Below are positions 43,201 through 58,200 of a stretch of DNA of 64,000 bases, in pieces (within the stretch, counting starts at the first letter, position 1; each line of letters opens with the position of its first letter). The stretch lies in assembly GCF_004010195.1 (NCBI RefSeq), contig NC_057756.1, forward strand, positions 903,805 to 967,804. The letters run 5' to 3'. A program made the position numbers and the translations under genes. This DNA comes from Chiloscyllium plagiosum. Lineage: Eukaryota. Under the pieces are notes generated by a model. The model ran no database searches. It was not told where the DNA came from and saw only the letters and a list, made by a program, of their open reading frames with translations.

Positions 43201-46200
43201 CGTGCTGCGTACAAAGTAACGTTTATGATGGAAGTTGATATTCTGCGCTGAAAGGATGATAATATTTGACCCTATGCGTTGTGGGCGTAGATTTTCCATT
43301 TCATTTTGTAACATCCCTCATAAAACATTAATCCCGATTAAATTAAAAATAATTACTATTTTCGGATAATATCCCAGGTGACCAACTCTATTCACTTGTT
43401 CATCAAAATAATTTTAAACATCCAGCTCCAAGTTACTCATTGCATTTCTACGTGAATCTGATATTAACTCCTTAACATTGCTTGATAGATCAGTGACAAT
43501 TTCATCATGTAACTCTTCTTTCACATGTTTTTGCTTTTTCGTACTGCTCAATTTTGTAATTTCTGTTTAATTTCTATTCGGTTTATCTTTGTTCTGTAGA
43601 AGTTCAGAAAATGAAAACCAAATACAATGATCAAGGTGAGTTGAAACGTGTTCACTGTGCATTTGAGGCTGCTTAACAACCTCAATATGTCTCGTCTTTC
43701 AAAAGGCAGATTGTCATTACTTTAGTCTTCAGTATCACACTGTAGAAATATTAGAATCGTGTTATTTCACTTTATTTCTGAACACTTAAAAAACATAAAT
43801 GTTGATCTGTGGAAAAGGATGTTTAGACTGGACAAGGAATGGTGAAAAGAGATAATTTACAGCTGGGTGGACATTTTCATGTAAAACGCAAGTTGTAACA
43901 TAAACCAGGTTGATGTAGAGTTCGAAGAGTAGACGTAACAAAGACTATTTCATGGCTGATTGTTGCAAAATCCCTGTGAATTTATCACTTTTTGTTTGGA
44001 ATGCGAATGTACATTTTTGCCCTTCAGTGCATGGTTGAAAATTCGCTCTGCAATAATCGATTTTACTTCAAAATATTTCACTTACGAGGATTTGAAATAT
44101 GCTTTCATATAGCTTTACAGTTAATTTATAAATTACAAGCGTTCATGCCAAATACATTAGGGTTTTTTTTCTGCTTTGCAGAAGCCATATCCCATCAGCC
44201 TTTTTCTAAGTCAATACAAATACATCTGTAATGTATTAACTTCATGCAGATCAAATGTATCTTTTCTATTGTTCTCAAAACCAAATAGGTAGGACACTTT
44301 CATAACACGGTGCATTAGGAATGTTTAGTTAGTGAGGGCAGAAATAGGAGGATAGAGCAGATGACTGTATGGCTGAGGAGCCGGTGTATGGGGGAAGGAT
44401 TCACATTTTGGATCATCCGAATATCTTTTGGGGTGGTAGTGACCTGCTCAAGAAGACCGGATTGTAGCTAAATTGGAAGGAGACTAGTATACTTGCAGGA
44501 GATTTGCTAGAGCTGCTCGTGAGGATTTAAACTAGTAAGGTGCGGGGGAGGGGTGGTGNNNNNNNNNNNNGAATGCAGAGCATTGTTAGAAACATGGAAC
44601 TGGGATTTCATAGTAGTTACAGAAACATGGCTCAGGGATGGACTGGCAGCTTAATGTTCCAGGATACAAATGCTACAGGAAGGATAGAACAGGAGGCAAA
44701 AGACAAGGGAGAGTGGCGTTTTTGATAAAGGAGAGCACACAGCTATACGGAAGAAGAATATTCCCAGAAATACATCCACGGAAGTTTTGTTTGGGTGGAA
44801 CTGAGAAATAAGAAAGGGATTATCACATTATTGTGATTGTATTATAGACCCCCTAATAGTCAGAGGGAAATTGAGAAACAAATTTTTAAGGAGATCTCAG
44901 CTATCTGTAAGAATAATAGAGTGGCTATGGTAAGGGATTTTAACCTTCCAAACATACACTGGGACTGCCATAGTGTTAAGGATTTAGATGAAGAGTGTTA
45001 AGTGTGTACAAGAAAATGTTGCGATTCAGTATGTACCTACTAGAGAAGGTGCAAAACCTGACCAACTATTGGGAAATAAGACAAGACAGGTGACTGAGGT
45101 GTCAGTGGGGGAGCACTTTGGGCCACCGACTATAATTCCATTTAATTAAAATAGCGATAGAAGAGGATGGACCAGATCTAAAAGTTGAAGTGTTAAATTG
45201 GACAAAGGCCAATTTTGACTGTATTTGGCAAGAACATTCAAAATCTGACTGGGGGCAGATGTTCGCAGGTAAAGGGAAAGCTGGAAAATGGGAAACCTTT
45301 AGACATGAGCTGATGAGAGTCCAGGGAATGTGTACTCCTGTTAGGGTGAAAGGAAAAGCTGGTAGGTATAGATAATAATGGATGACTAAAGAAATTGAGG
45401 GTTTGGTTCAGAAAAAGAAGGAAATATACGTCAGGTATAGACAGTATAGATCGAGTGATTCCTTAGAAGAGTACAAAGGCAGTAGGAGTATACTTAAGAG
45501 GGAAATCAGGAGGGCAAAAAGGGGACATGCGACAGATTTGGCAGATAGATTTAAGGAGAATCCAAAAAGTTTTTAAAAATACATTAAGGACAAAAGGGTA
45601 ACTAAGGAGAGAATAGACCCCTCAAAGATCAGCAAGGCGGCCTTTTTATGAAGCCGCATGAAGTGGGGGAGATACTAAACGAGTACTTAGCATCAGTATT
45701 TACTGTGGAAAAGAACATGGAAGATATAGAATGTCGGGAAATAGATGGTGACATCTTGAAAAATGTCCATATTACATATGAAGGAGTACTGCATGTCTTG
45801 AAACACATAAAAGTGGATAAATCCAGAGGGCCTGATTAGGTGTACACAAGAACTTTGTGGGACGCTAGGGAAGTGATTGTTATGCCTCTTGCTGAGATAT
45901 TTGTTTCATCGATATTCATAGGTGAGGTGCCAAAAGGTGGGAGGCTGGCTAACGTGGTGCCACTGTTTAAGAAATGTAGTAAGGTCAAGCCAGGGAACTA
46001 TAAACCAGTGAGCCTGACATCAGTGGTGAGCAAGTTTTTGGAGGGAATCCTGAGGGACAGGATGTGCATGTATGTGGAACGACAAGGACTGATTAGGGAT
46101 ATCCAACATGGCTTTGTTCGTGGGAAATCGTGTCTCACAAACTTGACTGAGTTTTTTGAAGAAGTAACAAAGAGGATTGATGAGGGCAGAGCAGTGGATG

Positions 46201-49200
46201 TGATCTATACGGACATCAGTAAGGCATTTGACAAGGATTCCCCTTGGGAGACTGGTTGGCAAGATTAAATCTCATGGAATACAGGGAGAACTAGTATTTG
46301 GATGCAGAACTGGCTCAAATGTAGAAGACAAGGATGGTGGTGGAGGTTTGTTTTTCAGAGGGAGGCTTGTGACCAGTGGAGTGTCACAAGGATCAGTGCT
46401 GGGACCACGACTTTTTGTCATTTATTTAAGTGATTTCGATATGAGCATAAGAGGTTTAGTAAGTAAGTTTGCAGACAACACCAAAATTGGAGGTGTAGTG
46501 GACAGCAAAGAAGGTTACTTCAGATTACAAAGGGATCTTGATCACATGGGCCAATGGGCTGAGATGTGGCAGATGGGGTTTCATTCGGATAAATGCGAGC
46601 TGCTGCATTTTGGGAAAGCAAATCTTAGCAGGACTTATACACTTAATGGTAAGGTCCGAAGGAGTGTTGCTGAATTAAGAGAATTTGGAGTGCACGTTCA
46701 TAGCTCCTTGAAAGTGGAGTCACAGGTAGATAGGATAGTGAAGAAGGCATTTGGTATGCTTTCCTTTATTGGTTAGAGTTTGAGTACAGGAGTTGCGAGG
46801 TCGCGTTGCAGCTGTACAGGACATTGGTTAGGCCGCTGTTGGAATATTCTGTGCAATTCAGGTTTCCTTCCACTTGGAAAGGTAATTTGAAACTTGAAAG
46901 GTATCAGAAAAGAGTTACAAGGATGTTACCAGGGTTGGAGGATTTTAGCTATAGGGAGAGGCTGAACAGGCTGGGACTGTTGTCCATGAAGCGTTGGAGT
47001 CTGAGGGGTGACCTTATAGAAGTTTGCAAAATTATGAGGGGAATAGGTTAGATAAATAGACAAAGTCTTTTCCCTGGTGTGGGGGAGTCTATAACTAGAT
47101 GGCATGGTTTTGGGATGAGAGGAGAACGATATAAAAGAGAATTATGGGGCAAAGTTTTCATGCAGAGGATGGTAGATGTATGGAATGAGCTGTCAGAGGA
47201 AGTGGTGGAGGCTCGTACAATTGCAACATTTAAAATATATTAGAATGGGTATATGAATAAGAAGGGTTTGGAGAGATATTGGCCGGGTGCTGGAAGGTGC
47301 AGTTAGATTCGATTGGGATATCTGGTTGGCATGGACAGGTTGGACCGAAGTGTTTGTTTTCGTGCTATACATCTTTGTGACTCTATGACTCTACTTAGTC
47401 AATGAATTAACGATCAAGGTATCTTTTGAAAATTGATTTTGAGTTCTAAGGTTATTTTTCTAAACATATGTGACTTTTTCTCTGTACTATTCGGTGAAAT
47501 CAGTTACAATGCGAAACACTTGGCACAGTGGCTAAGTGGGTGACACTGCTGCCTCACAGCACCCAGAACAGTGGTTCGAATCCAGCCTCGGGTGACTGTC
47601 TGTGTGGCGATTTCGTGTTCACTCAGTGTTTGCATTGGTTTGCTCTATTTTCTGACACAATCCAAAGATGTGCAAGTTCGGTCAATTGTTCATGCTGAAT
47701 TGCCCACCGTGTTCAGGAATGTGTGGGTTAGGTGCATTAATCAGAGGTAAACGAAAGATAGGAGGAATTGATCTAGGTGGATTATTCTTCAGACCGTTGG
47801 TGTAGACTTTATCGGTTGAATGGCCTGTTTGAGCACTGTTGGGATTCTGTGACATCCATCTTCTCAACTGAATCTCCAGTGTATTTTGGAATACATCATT
47901 TTCTATCGAAAGTGAGACATATTAGAGTCAGGGAGACAAAGAAATAAACAGCACGGAAACAGACCCCTCCATCCAGCTCGTCCAAGGATATCAGAAATCC
48001 GAAATAATTGTTATCCCATTTGCCAGCATTTGTCCCATATCCCTCTAAACTCTTTCCATTCAAATACGTATCCAGCTGCCTTTTAAATGTTGCAATTGTA
48101 CCAGACTCCACCACTTCATCCAACAGCTCATTCCATACGTGCACCCTCTTTTTGCATGAAAATGTTGCCTCTAAAGTCCCCTTTAAATTTTTCTCCGCTC
48201 CCTACATCCTTGAGTTTTTGGAATCACGCACTTCGGTCAAAAACCTTGTGTATTTATCCAATCCATGCCCCTCAGGATTTTATAAACTTCTATGAGGTCA
48301 CCCCTCAGCCTCTGACGCTGCAGCGAATGTAGGCCCAGGCTATTCAGCCTTTTCCTTTGGTTAAACCTCTCCAACCCTGGCAATTTCCTAGCAATTGTTT
48401 TTGAACCTTTCAAGTTTCACAACATCATTCTTATAGCAGAGAAACCAGAACTGCACTCAGTATTCCAATGGTGGTCTAACCAAAGTTCTGTATAGCTGCA
48501 ACAAGACATCCCAACTCCTATAATAAATGCACTGACAAATAATAAAACACATACAGAATGTTTTCTTCACTATCCTATCTACTTGTCATTCCACTTTCGA
48601 AGAAATATGAGTCTGCACTAGAAGCTCTCTTTTTTCAGCAACAGACTCCAGAATCTTGTCAGGAAACAGACATTTCCCACCCTGATTTGTCTTTCCAAAA
48701 TGCAGCAATTCACATTTATCTGAATTAAACTCTATCTGCCATCCCTTTGACAATTGGCCCATTTGATCAATGTCCTGATGTATTCTGAAGTAGCCTTCTT
48801 CGCTGTTCACTGCAACTTCAGCTTTGGTAGAATGTGTAAATTAATAACCAGACCTCCTATTTCATTTCCAAATCATTTACATAAACAAAGGACCCAGCAC
48901 CGATCCATTCAGCACACAGCTGGTCACCGGCCTCCAGTCTAAAAAGCAATCCTCCACGAGAAATACTCTTCTACCTTTGAGCCAGTGCTGTATTCAAATA
49001 ATTAATTTTCTCTCTATTCTGTTTGATATAACATTGCTAACCAGTCTACCATGAGGAATCTTGTGAAACACCTTACTGAAGTCCATATAAATCACGTTCT
49101 CCATTCTCAAATCATCAATCTCTTAGCTACCGCTTCAAAAAATTCAATTAAACTACTGAGACACAGTTTTCCACGCACAAAGGAATGCTGACCACTACCA

Positions 49201-52200
49201 ATGCCAGGCTTACCTGTCTATCATTCACTTGCATTTCCTTGCCATATTTCCTAAATAATGGCACCACATTAGCTAAACACCAGCCTTCAAGCACTTCCCC
49301 AGTAGCTATTGATGGTGCAAATATCTCACCAAGGGTCACAGCAATCACTTCCTTAGCTAACCATAGAGTGTTAGGGTTCGCCTGATCAGGTCACGAGGTT
49401 TGATCCACCTTTATGCCTTTTAAGACGTCCAGCACCTTCTCCTCTGTAATATGGACATTTTTCAAGATGTTGTTATTTATTTTAGTTTTGGCAAAACATT
49501 TTCGAATGCATTTTTGTCTGAAGGCTTAGCATTCTTGTTCGTTACTTAAAACAAATTAAAATATAGAGAGAAACTGTGCAAAATTTGCCAATTTTAATCT
49601 AGCCATCATATTTGAGCATTGCTTCATTTTTTTTGCCGACCAAGTATGTGAATAACTCTGAGATCCAACAATGAGCTGCATTCCTCCACAACGATATACC
49701 AGTCTCAGTTACAATATGCTTGTCATCATTCAAGTATGAGCCTTTATTATAATATTGCATTGTCATGATATTCAGGGCAACTTTTAATATGAGAATAACT
49801 AATGAGGTTAAACTTCTTTCATACAATGATTATTGCAGTGCATTAATCCATTTGTGTCCCTGTTAGAACAACAAATGAACAAGAAAGACAGAGGTAATGA
49901 TATTCAGCTATGCCGTAATTCTTCACTTCTTAACAGTGGATAATCTGAAGTAATCTAAGGATTTGGAGCGTATGACAAAATATTCCATCCAACGTTGATA
50001 TGGTTATTAAGTAAATGCAATTGTAAGAGAAACCTCGGTCATCTGCCTTTCAAAGGAGAATTGAATTTAATGTTAAATCAAAATTGAGAGATGATTTGAA
50101 ATGACCATTATGAGACGTTTAACTCAAAACTGCATATGAAGGAAATAGTTGAACTGGTGAAAAGTTGGTTGTCATAGTGTATTTCTTTTTAAGTTTATTG
50201 CCAAAAAAAAACAAGATCATATCCATTCCTGTTTTCTTCTGTGGAATATACCACCAAAACCGAGATACTGAGACAATCAGTAATAACATTTGAAGTGTAT
50301 GCAGCTTACCTTGTAGAAGTAGAAATGGAAGTCAGAAACAAATCATTTAATGTGTTTTTCTATTATTCTGTTAATTCGTTTTGGAAGTAATCCAATAAAC
50401 AACTCTGTATCAACATTTTTTCTGCGGTGCGCGAGGTGTTTTATTTTCTCTGTATCTATCCTGTGGAATGCACAGATAGAAGGCACATTTTCATTAACCT
50501 GCAGTTAACATTAACCCTCTGTTTTGTTCTACATCCACCGTTAGAACTGGAAAAGTTAAGGAAGAAGCTTCAAGATTGTGGTGAGAATGGATTTGCTTTA
50601 AAGCATGCTGCTTCTTTTTTCGTCTTGAACTCTAAATATTATTGTAATTATTTTTGGGCTAATTCATCAATTTCTTCTTGCCTGAAGTATAATGATGCGA
50701 GAAATATGAAACTGCTCTAGTCAGGAGCCAGTGCCAATCTAGTCTGCAATGTAAAGTTTCAATCCATTTAAAGTTCTATTAAAGTGATCTGAAGTTAATG
50801 TCTGGTGCCAAAATGACACCAATTCACCAACGGTTTTGCTTCAGGCTATAGACATCCCAGATGAACTGAATACAAAACTGCTGACATTAGCGGATGAAAA
50901 TGTGAATTTAAACGTTAAAAAGCATTAGATATATAAGTTCAATTTAAAAAGATAGATTTCACAGACTTCTCTCCCACTTCCGTGATAGTTGATCTAATTG
51001 TGGTTTTTCAGAAAATTTGAAAATTTCACAAGTTGATCGATTATATGAGGAGAAAGTGAGGTCTGCAGATGCTGGAGATCAGAGCTGGAAATGTGTTGCT
51101 GGAAAAGCGCAGCAGGTCAGGCAGCATCCAGGGAACAGGAGAATCGACGTTTCGGGCATAAGAAGGGCTTATGCCCGAAACGTCGATTCTCCTGTTCCCT
51201 GGATGCTGCCTGACCTGCTGCGCTTTTCCAGCAACACATTTCCAGATCGATTATATGAGTCAGCTTTACTATTCAGAAGGGGACACAATGTATCTTGTTC
51301 TGGCAATCAGTCATATAAAGTAAAATGATAAATTTTGCAAAACTAACACGTTGTAAAATCAATCATAATTCAGCTAACTTTCACTAAACTTTATTAATCT
51401 GCTGTCGCCTTCTTTGTCCAATGGTGTTCCTCCTTAAGCAATTGGACAATGTTTTTTGATTTTTGATTTCATGTCACGCAAATGCCTTTTCCCAGCCTAC
51501 CTCGATAATATCTTTAAGCTACATAGTTAACCAAGGTACCTACTTCAAAATCACTTGAGAGCAGTTTAATTGTGAAGCAACTGGAAATCTTCTGTTTAGT
51601 TCTGCAGTTAACAAATATGAAATGTTATCTACAAGAGTTTCTGATCCACAGCCTCTCCTTTACTGATGACAATGTTCATTCAAACATGTCAAATTGACCA
51701 ATATGTTGTTATATAAGCTGACGTGGCTCGTAGTTAAATTATATTTACTACTTCCTCCTGTGGACCTTGAATACTTAATTTTATTTAAGAAAAACTATGT
51801 AGCCATAAGTTTTATTGGAATTGACTTCAGTATCAATAATATCCCTCTTAGAACAGAAATTAATTTCAGATGAGAAAGGTAAGTGTGTGCATCAATTTAA
51901 TTCTTTAACTGATTTGAAACCCTCAGAATCTTCCAAAACTGGATGGATAAGCAGTTGAAATGTCATATAATTAAAGGCTAAGGACCACGTGCTGCAAAAT
52001 GGGTCTGGTGTGGATTATTCTCCCTCCTTATTGGAACTTGCTTTCTGATCAAATATTCATTTACAGTTTCCAGGTTTTTTCTTGTTTGCGCCATAAAACT
52101 GCATATTATAACTATAGCGGATAATCCATTAGATTGATCTGAAGCTTATGCACCAAAGAAGAATAGATTACTTCGATATTTGTCGCAATTATTACTCATG

Positions 52201-55200
52201 AACACTGATGTTGTTAAATGGTGGTTAAATCAATCTTCACCAATGCATTGTTTTGCAAATGCTGCAGCCGTTTACCGTTCTGCATGTCTGATAGTAAGCT
52301 TCATCTAGTAACGTTTCCTTCCGTGAAGATGTTCTAGGTCCGAAGTATCAAGATGGTTATACAACACTCCTTTCTATCTATACAAAGAAAAGCATAGATC
52401 TTCATTTGGGGATGCCACGAGTACACATCAAACTATACATAAACGCAACGTGTTTACCTACCAGCAACAATACAATTGAATAAAACCCTGGGAAATATTT
52501 ACGTGCATTGACTGAAATTCGTTCAAACATAAAATGGAATTGACATAAGTGCTTGAAAATATGTCTCCTTTTCTTTCTCCTCCACACAACGTCATCTCAG
52601 TTATCCCATATGGATGCCGAAATTACTGACAAACTTTTAAATTATAAGTAAAATGATCAACATGCGATTAATTTGATAAATCTGTCAAGAATGTCATGAC
52701 AGCATTATGATAGGAACATGTTTCCACTTGTCTGTTGCATGCAATTATTCTATAATAACGTCCAGAAGTAGATCCACATTAATTTCACAATATATTTCCT
52801 TTGAGAAATATCCTTATACGACTCTTGGAACCCTTGATAAGGAGCACGATCTTTTGTATACCCCCTAAAAGTATATTCTACTTCACTACATACTAAATAT
52901 AATATCTCTGTGGATCAAGAATGCCTCTGATCACACCTTCAGAAAAAAAACTGTTAGAAAACAATGAGATCAAGCGGCTTCCTTTCACTTGTTCATCTCC
53001 TTGCTTACATTTACCGTTAAGATACTTCAGTGATGACCCTACTACCAGCCAATCCTGCACCCAGGCAATTAGAATGGTTATTGTATTCAGGAAAAATGGC
53101 GTTACAAAACCCTGTGAAATGAGTATTCCACTATTGTCGAAACATTTTTAATTCAGGACTTACGATTAATAATAGAGCCCTGGGCAGTGTTGTTAGAGAC
53201 CTAGAGTTTCAGGTATACAGTTCCTTGGAAGTGGAGTCACACATAAAAGAGGATGGTGCTGAAGGCATTGCCATGCTTGCCTTCATTGCTCAGAACATTA
53301 AGTATAGGAATTGGGGTGTCAGGTTTCGGTTCTACACTACATTTCTCAGGTCGCATTAACAGTAGTGTGCACAGTTCTTGTCATCTTGCTATAGGAAATG
53401 TATTCTTTATTGGAAGGAATGCAGGAAAGATTTACATGGACGTCACCAGGACTGGAGAGCTTCAGAACTAACGCGGGACTGGATAGGCTGGGACCTTTTT
53501 TTTGGTCAGGAGCATAGAAGATTAAGAGGCGAACTTAAAGATGTTTATAAAATCATGAGGGGCAGATATGATATAAATAGCGAAAGTTCTTTTATGTTTT
53601 CCCTGCGGGTAGGGAGTTCAAATCTATAGGGCATAATTTTGACGAAGTTTTTAAAGGGGACCTGTGAGGCAACATTTTCACACAGAGTGTGGTTGTATGT
53701 GTATAAACTGCCGGTGGAAGTGGGTGATGCACGGACAGTTCCGAGATTTCAAAGACATTTGGGCAGGTATTCGAATAGGAACGTTGTGAGAGTACAGGCC
53801 AAACGTAGAGTAATGGGAGTAGTTTAGTTTGGAAATCTGATCGGCATGGACAAGTTGGACTGAAGGATATGTTTCCTTGCTGTAGGACTTAATGAATTGA
53901 AACTAATCTTCTGTTCACCTCTGTCATCTTTGTCTATCCATGAGGCGCTGTTGAAACTTCTGTTTTACAGAGACATTCATGGAAAATTGCTGTCTTACAT
54001 GTTTTGTTTTAAACATGTTCATTGAGTGCAGATTGATAAAATGGTAAAATGTTAGCTTGAATTTGTCTTGCTTTATTGTATGCAATGAAACGTCTGTGAG
54101 GAGTGTTTTGCACTGTTTGGTACATGTCAGCGCTGGTAAATCGGTCAGTATAGACACAAAAAGGCTCTTTCCACAGCATTGAAAAAATTGAGCACCAAAG
54201 TTAAGTTACGAGATAAGTGGTTGCTGACTGTCAAATTGGGAGGTATATTTATTGAAATGGAATGATATGTTTAGAAGTCTGCAGCTTGATGTTTGGAACT
54301 ATATCTAAGTTTCAGAAAAATAATGAAGCTGACTTTTGGCTTTTTTCGGGTGCTGGGTCAAGTAGGCCAGACCATGTAAGAATAGCAGATTGTATTTCCA
54401 GAAGTGAACCACATGAGTCCGTAGAAAAATTATTGATCATGGTCACAATCATTAATAATCATTTCTGCTTGTTCTTGTTTTAAACGACTGAAGGTGGTTT
54501 AAAGTTGGAATGAATTTCAAATACAATATGATCTCATTTCGTTGGATAATATTATCATAAGATATTATTAAGTGGAAGTGTTGAACTACAAAAGTAAAAT
54601 TTAGGTTAATTTTATACTGGATGTAGAACACAAGCAAGGCTTTCCATTCTTGAATTTATTCAGCTCCCTGCTAATGGCGTACAGAGAGTTAGTACATTGC
54701 AAAATAAAATAATTCTTTACAGGGTCTCGTGACTCTCTTGGCTGTAAAGAAAAGCTTCACTAATAGTATTAACGACTTCAATTATGTCTTTCAATTTTAT
54801 GACGATGAACGTTTACTGTTAAATCTAGGAATGAAGACTCTTAACGAAACGAAAGGTCTGTCTGTGTTTTGTTTGCAAAAAATCAGTATATTTGATCATT
54901 AAACACAATTGCTTTTCATTGAGTTTCAGTGCCAGCATCTGCAGATTTGATTTGAAAAAGTGGCTCTTCCTGGTCAACCAGGCTGTTGTGTCTGATACCT
55001 AAGTCGTACTTACAGTGCAATATGCTGCAGCATGGCAATAATGGAAGGTACCATGTGTTAATCATTAGAGTCGAGAGCAATACTTTTGACCATAACTATT
55101 TTTCATTTTCTTTAATCAGTACGTTTAAGCAGTGTAAATAAAACCTGTCACAGTGCAGTTCATTACATTATAATAAGCATCAACTATTAGTTGCAGTGAC

Positions 55201-58200
55201 CAATTTATTAAATTGCTTGCACCCAAAAGATATGTTTTCCGGATTGCCAGATTTTTCTCTCATCTGCTCTAAGCACTGATCTTAAATCAATGCCCCCGGA
55301 CTTAAAATCCTCCTTCCTGTTAATCCTGTCCCATTTCAATTTTCTCTCCTTTATGGAAGACAAATCCCATCAGTCCAATCTCTCTTCGTAACTGGAACTG
55401 TCCTTCACAGACGACATTTTAATAAATCGCCTGTGCACCTTCTCCAGTGCTATCCCAACCCTCCAAACAATGTGACTTCCAGCACTGCACAGAATGCTTC
55501 AACTGTGGTGGAGCTAACGTTGTCTACAGTTCCAGTATAGCCTTGTAGTTCACAGACTCCTTGCCTCAGAGAATAAAGGAAAGTCTTCCATATTTCTTCT
55601 TAATGATGATAACGTCCTATCTTGAACTTTAAGGAACTGCTTTAGATAAAAAGAAACTAAGTTTTCTGTATTCTTCGCAGTTTCCCAGGGCATTAATATT
55701 AAGCATACATTCTCTTATCTTTCTCTTTCCAGCTAAAGTGCATCGGCTCATATTGATCTCGATTGAATTCTGTTTTCCACTGATTAGCACGTTTTATTAG
55801 TCCGAATTTTGTTATTTGTTTGCTGTGTCGTCCAAATAGTCGTCCTTTGCCTTTAGTTTTACCTTTCCAAGGAATCCAGTTCAAATATGTCCGCACATTC
55901 TTGTGTTTGCAAAGTACCTTTCATTCAATTAACGTTTTGGCTGCAATGTTTTATTTCAATTTACTACAGCAAAATGTCATCTCAGTCAATTAAACTTGAC
56001 ACTAAGCCAATTACATTATTGATATTTATGGGGTGTTCATTTCATGTTTCTTTTAACCAATGCAACCTAATCGTTTGTGCTTTTGCATCTAAGAATGTTA
56101 CTTCATTTAAATCGGTTACAATCATTTTAAATAGACGATCAACTGTATAAGTTACAGCGTGGTAAGCACCACTTTCTCTTTGAAGTCTGAATATGCTGTA
56201 GCAAGCAAATTGACTTCTTGATAATATATTGTCTAACTAAAATGAATTACTAAATGTCATGGTAGTTGTGAATGAAATTAGTAAGGTGCTCATTTATCTC
56301 AAAGTAAACAAGCATACAAACAAACTCGGAGTTTAATCATAGTTGCCATAATGCCTGTTCTGTAATAGCTGAGAACTTCAGAACTTTGAAACATACCAAA
56401 GGGAGTGCAGCAGAGCTTCACTAGGTTCATTCATTAGAAACCAAGACTTTTCTAGGAACGAAGCTTATTGCAACAGGACCTGGTTTTACGACACTTTACA
56501 AGGATGAGACAGTACAAGGATGAGACTGTAGATTCGAAGCAACAAGATCATTTCCCTGGTTGTACAATCTAGGACTGTGAATGCATTCTCAGGAAAAGAT
56601 GTAGGCCAGGTTGAAACTGAGAAAGGAGGACACAAGAGCAGAGAATTAAATAAAAAGAGAGAAAGCAACTTTAAGGCAACTCATTTAAGTGCACCAGAAC
56701 TTCTGGATTGTAATATAAAAGAATGATGGGTTATTAAATCAATTATTGATTACAAATATATAACTGAAAATAAATAATTGTAAAACAAGCAGGCAGCTAA
56801 TAGCATTCCAACATTGAGAACAGAGGGAAATAGACAGGAGCTTAGCCCTTGAAAGTCAAAGCTGGAGGAAAACATGTTTGGTGCATCATGTGATTTTTTT
56901 TTCTTCAACTAAAACCAGGAGAAAAGCATTCCAGTAACGGGGAAAGTGAGCAAGAAACTATTCTGATTTAACAACCCATTCCCCTCTTCTCACATATGGA
57001 AGCACGGTCACTCAGTGGTTAGCACTTATGCCTCACAGTGCCAGGCACCAGGAGTAATCCCACTGTTGATTGACTGTCATGGAGTTTGCACATTTTCCCC
57101 ATGGCTGTGTAGGCCTTCGGTGGAGGTTCTGGTTCCCTCCCAGAATCTAAAGAAGTGTAGGTCTGTTAGATTGGCCATGCTAATCTTTCCGTAGTGTGCA
57201 CGGATGTACAAATCAGACGGATTAGCTATGGTGAGTACAGTGTTACGGAGTTAAGGTGGTAGTCTCATGGGATGCTGCTTGGGCAATTGTTTCAGAATCA
57301 ATGGACAGAATAACCTCTCTCCACTCTATTGGGATCCTATGCTGCCCTAAACTTCTTATTATCCACAACAGGCTCTGAATGTAAAAAGTCGATTGAGTAC
57401 GCAGCAAATTGATCTGGTGGTGATTAGTTGTTAAAAAAAAAACAAAAAAAATGGCTTCCAGTGATTTGATGAAGAGACAAACAACAGCCATTCAGTCGTG
57501 TTCGAGAGTTCTTCTATATACTTTTTTCAAAAGAACAACAAAATCAAGTTGGCTATTAAAAATTCCAGGTAGTGTGCTACGGAGACTGTCATTGCTGGTG
57601 AATATCAACAGCTCTTCAATGGCTATGCTTGTGCCCGGGTGTCCTTCAACAACTAGCATGCGGTCGCCACCAAGACTCTTGGTGCCTTTAGACAAAGGTG
57701 GACCCCATAGCAGATGGAGTACTTTATCTCTCTGTCCAACTCCATCTTGATTTAGCTCCCTCTCCCCTCCCACCTCTCTACCTCTGCCTCTCGCGTTATA
57801 ATTTGCGCTGACCTTAATGGACTTTGCACATTAGTTACATAATTGCAAATAAAATGATTTCGTGATGGGCATTAAATTATAAAGGAGAAAAAAAGCACCA
57901 GTGATTTTGCGATTAAAAAAATACAGATTGTCTAAAAAAAAGTAAAGGATAAACATAAATCTGGAAAGATTAAGACATTTTGTCAAATAACATTAAATAC
58001 TTCAATAACCTATCACCCACGGAAACAATAAGTGAAGAAATCAGCAGCATTAAATCATGGGCAAAAATGGTGGAATAGGTTGGAAATGAGAAAGGCATAT
58101 GATGCATGCTTACTTCATAATTTTTAATGGTGTTTGAAAAAAAGCATGAGCAGGGTAAATGTTAGTGAAAGCGTAGAAAGGAGAGGCAATGGATGGAGTA

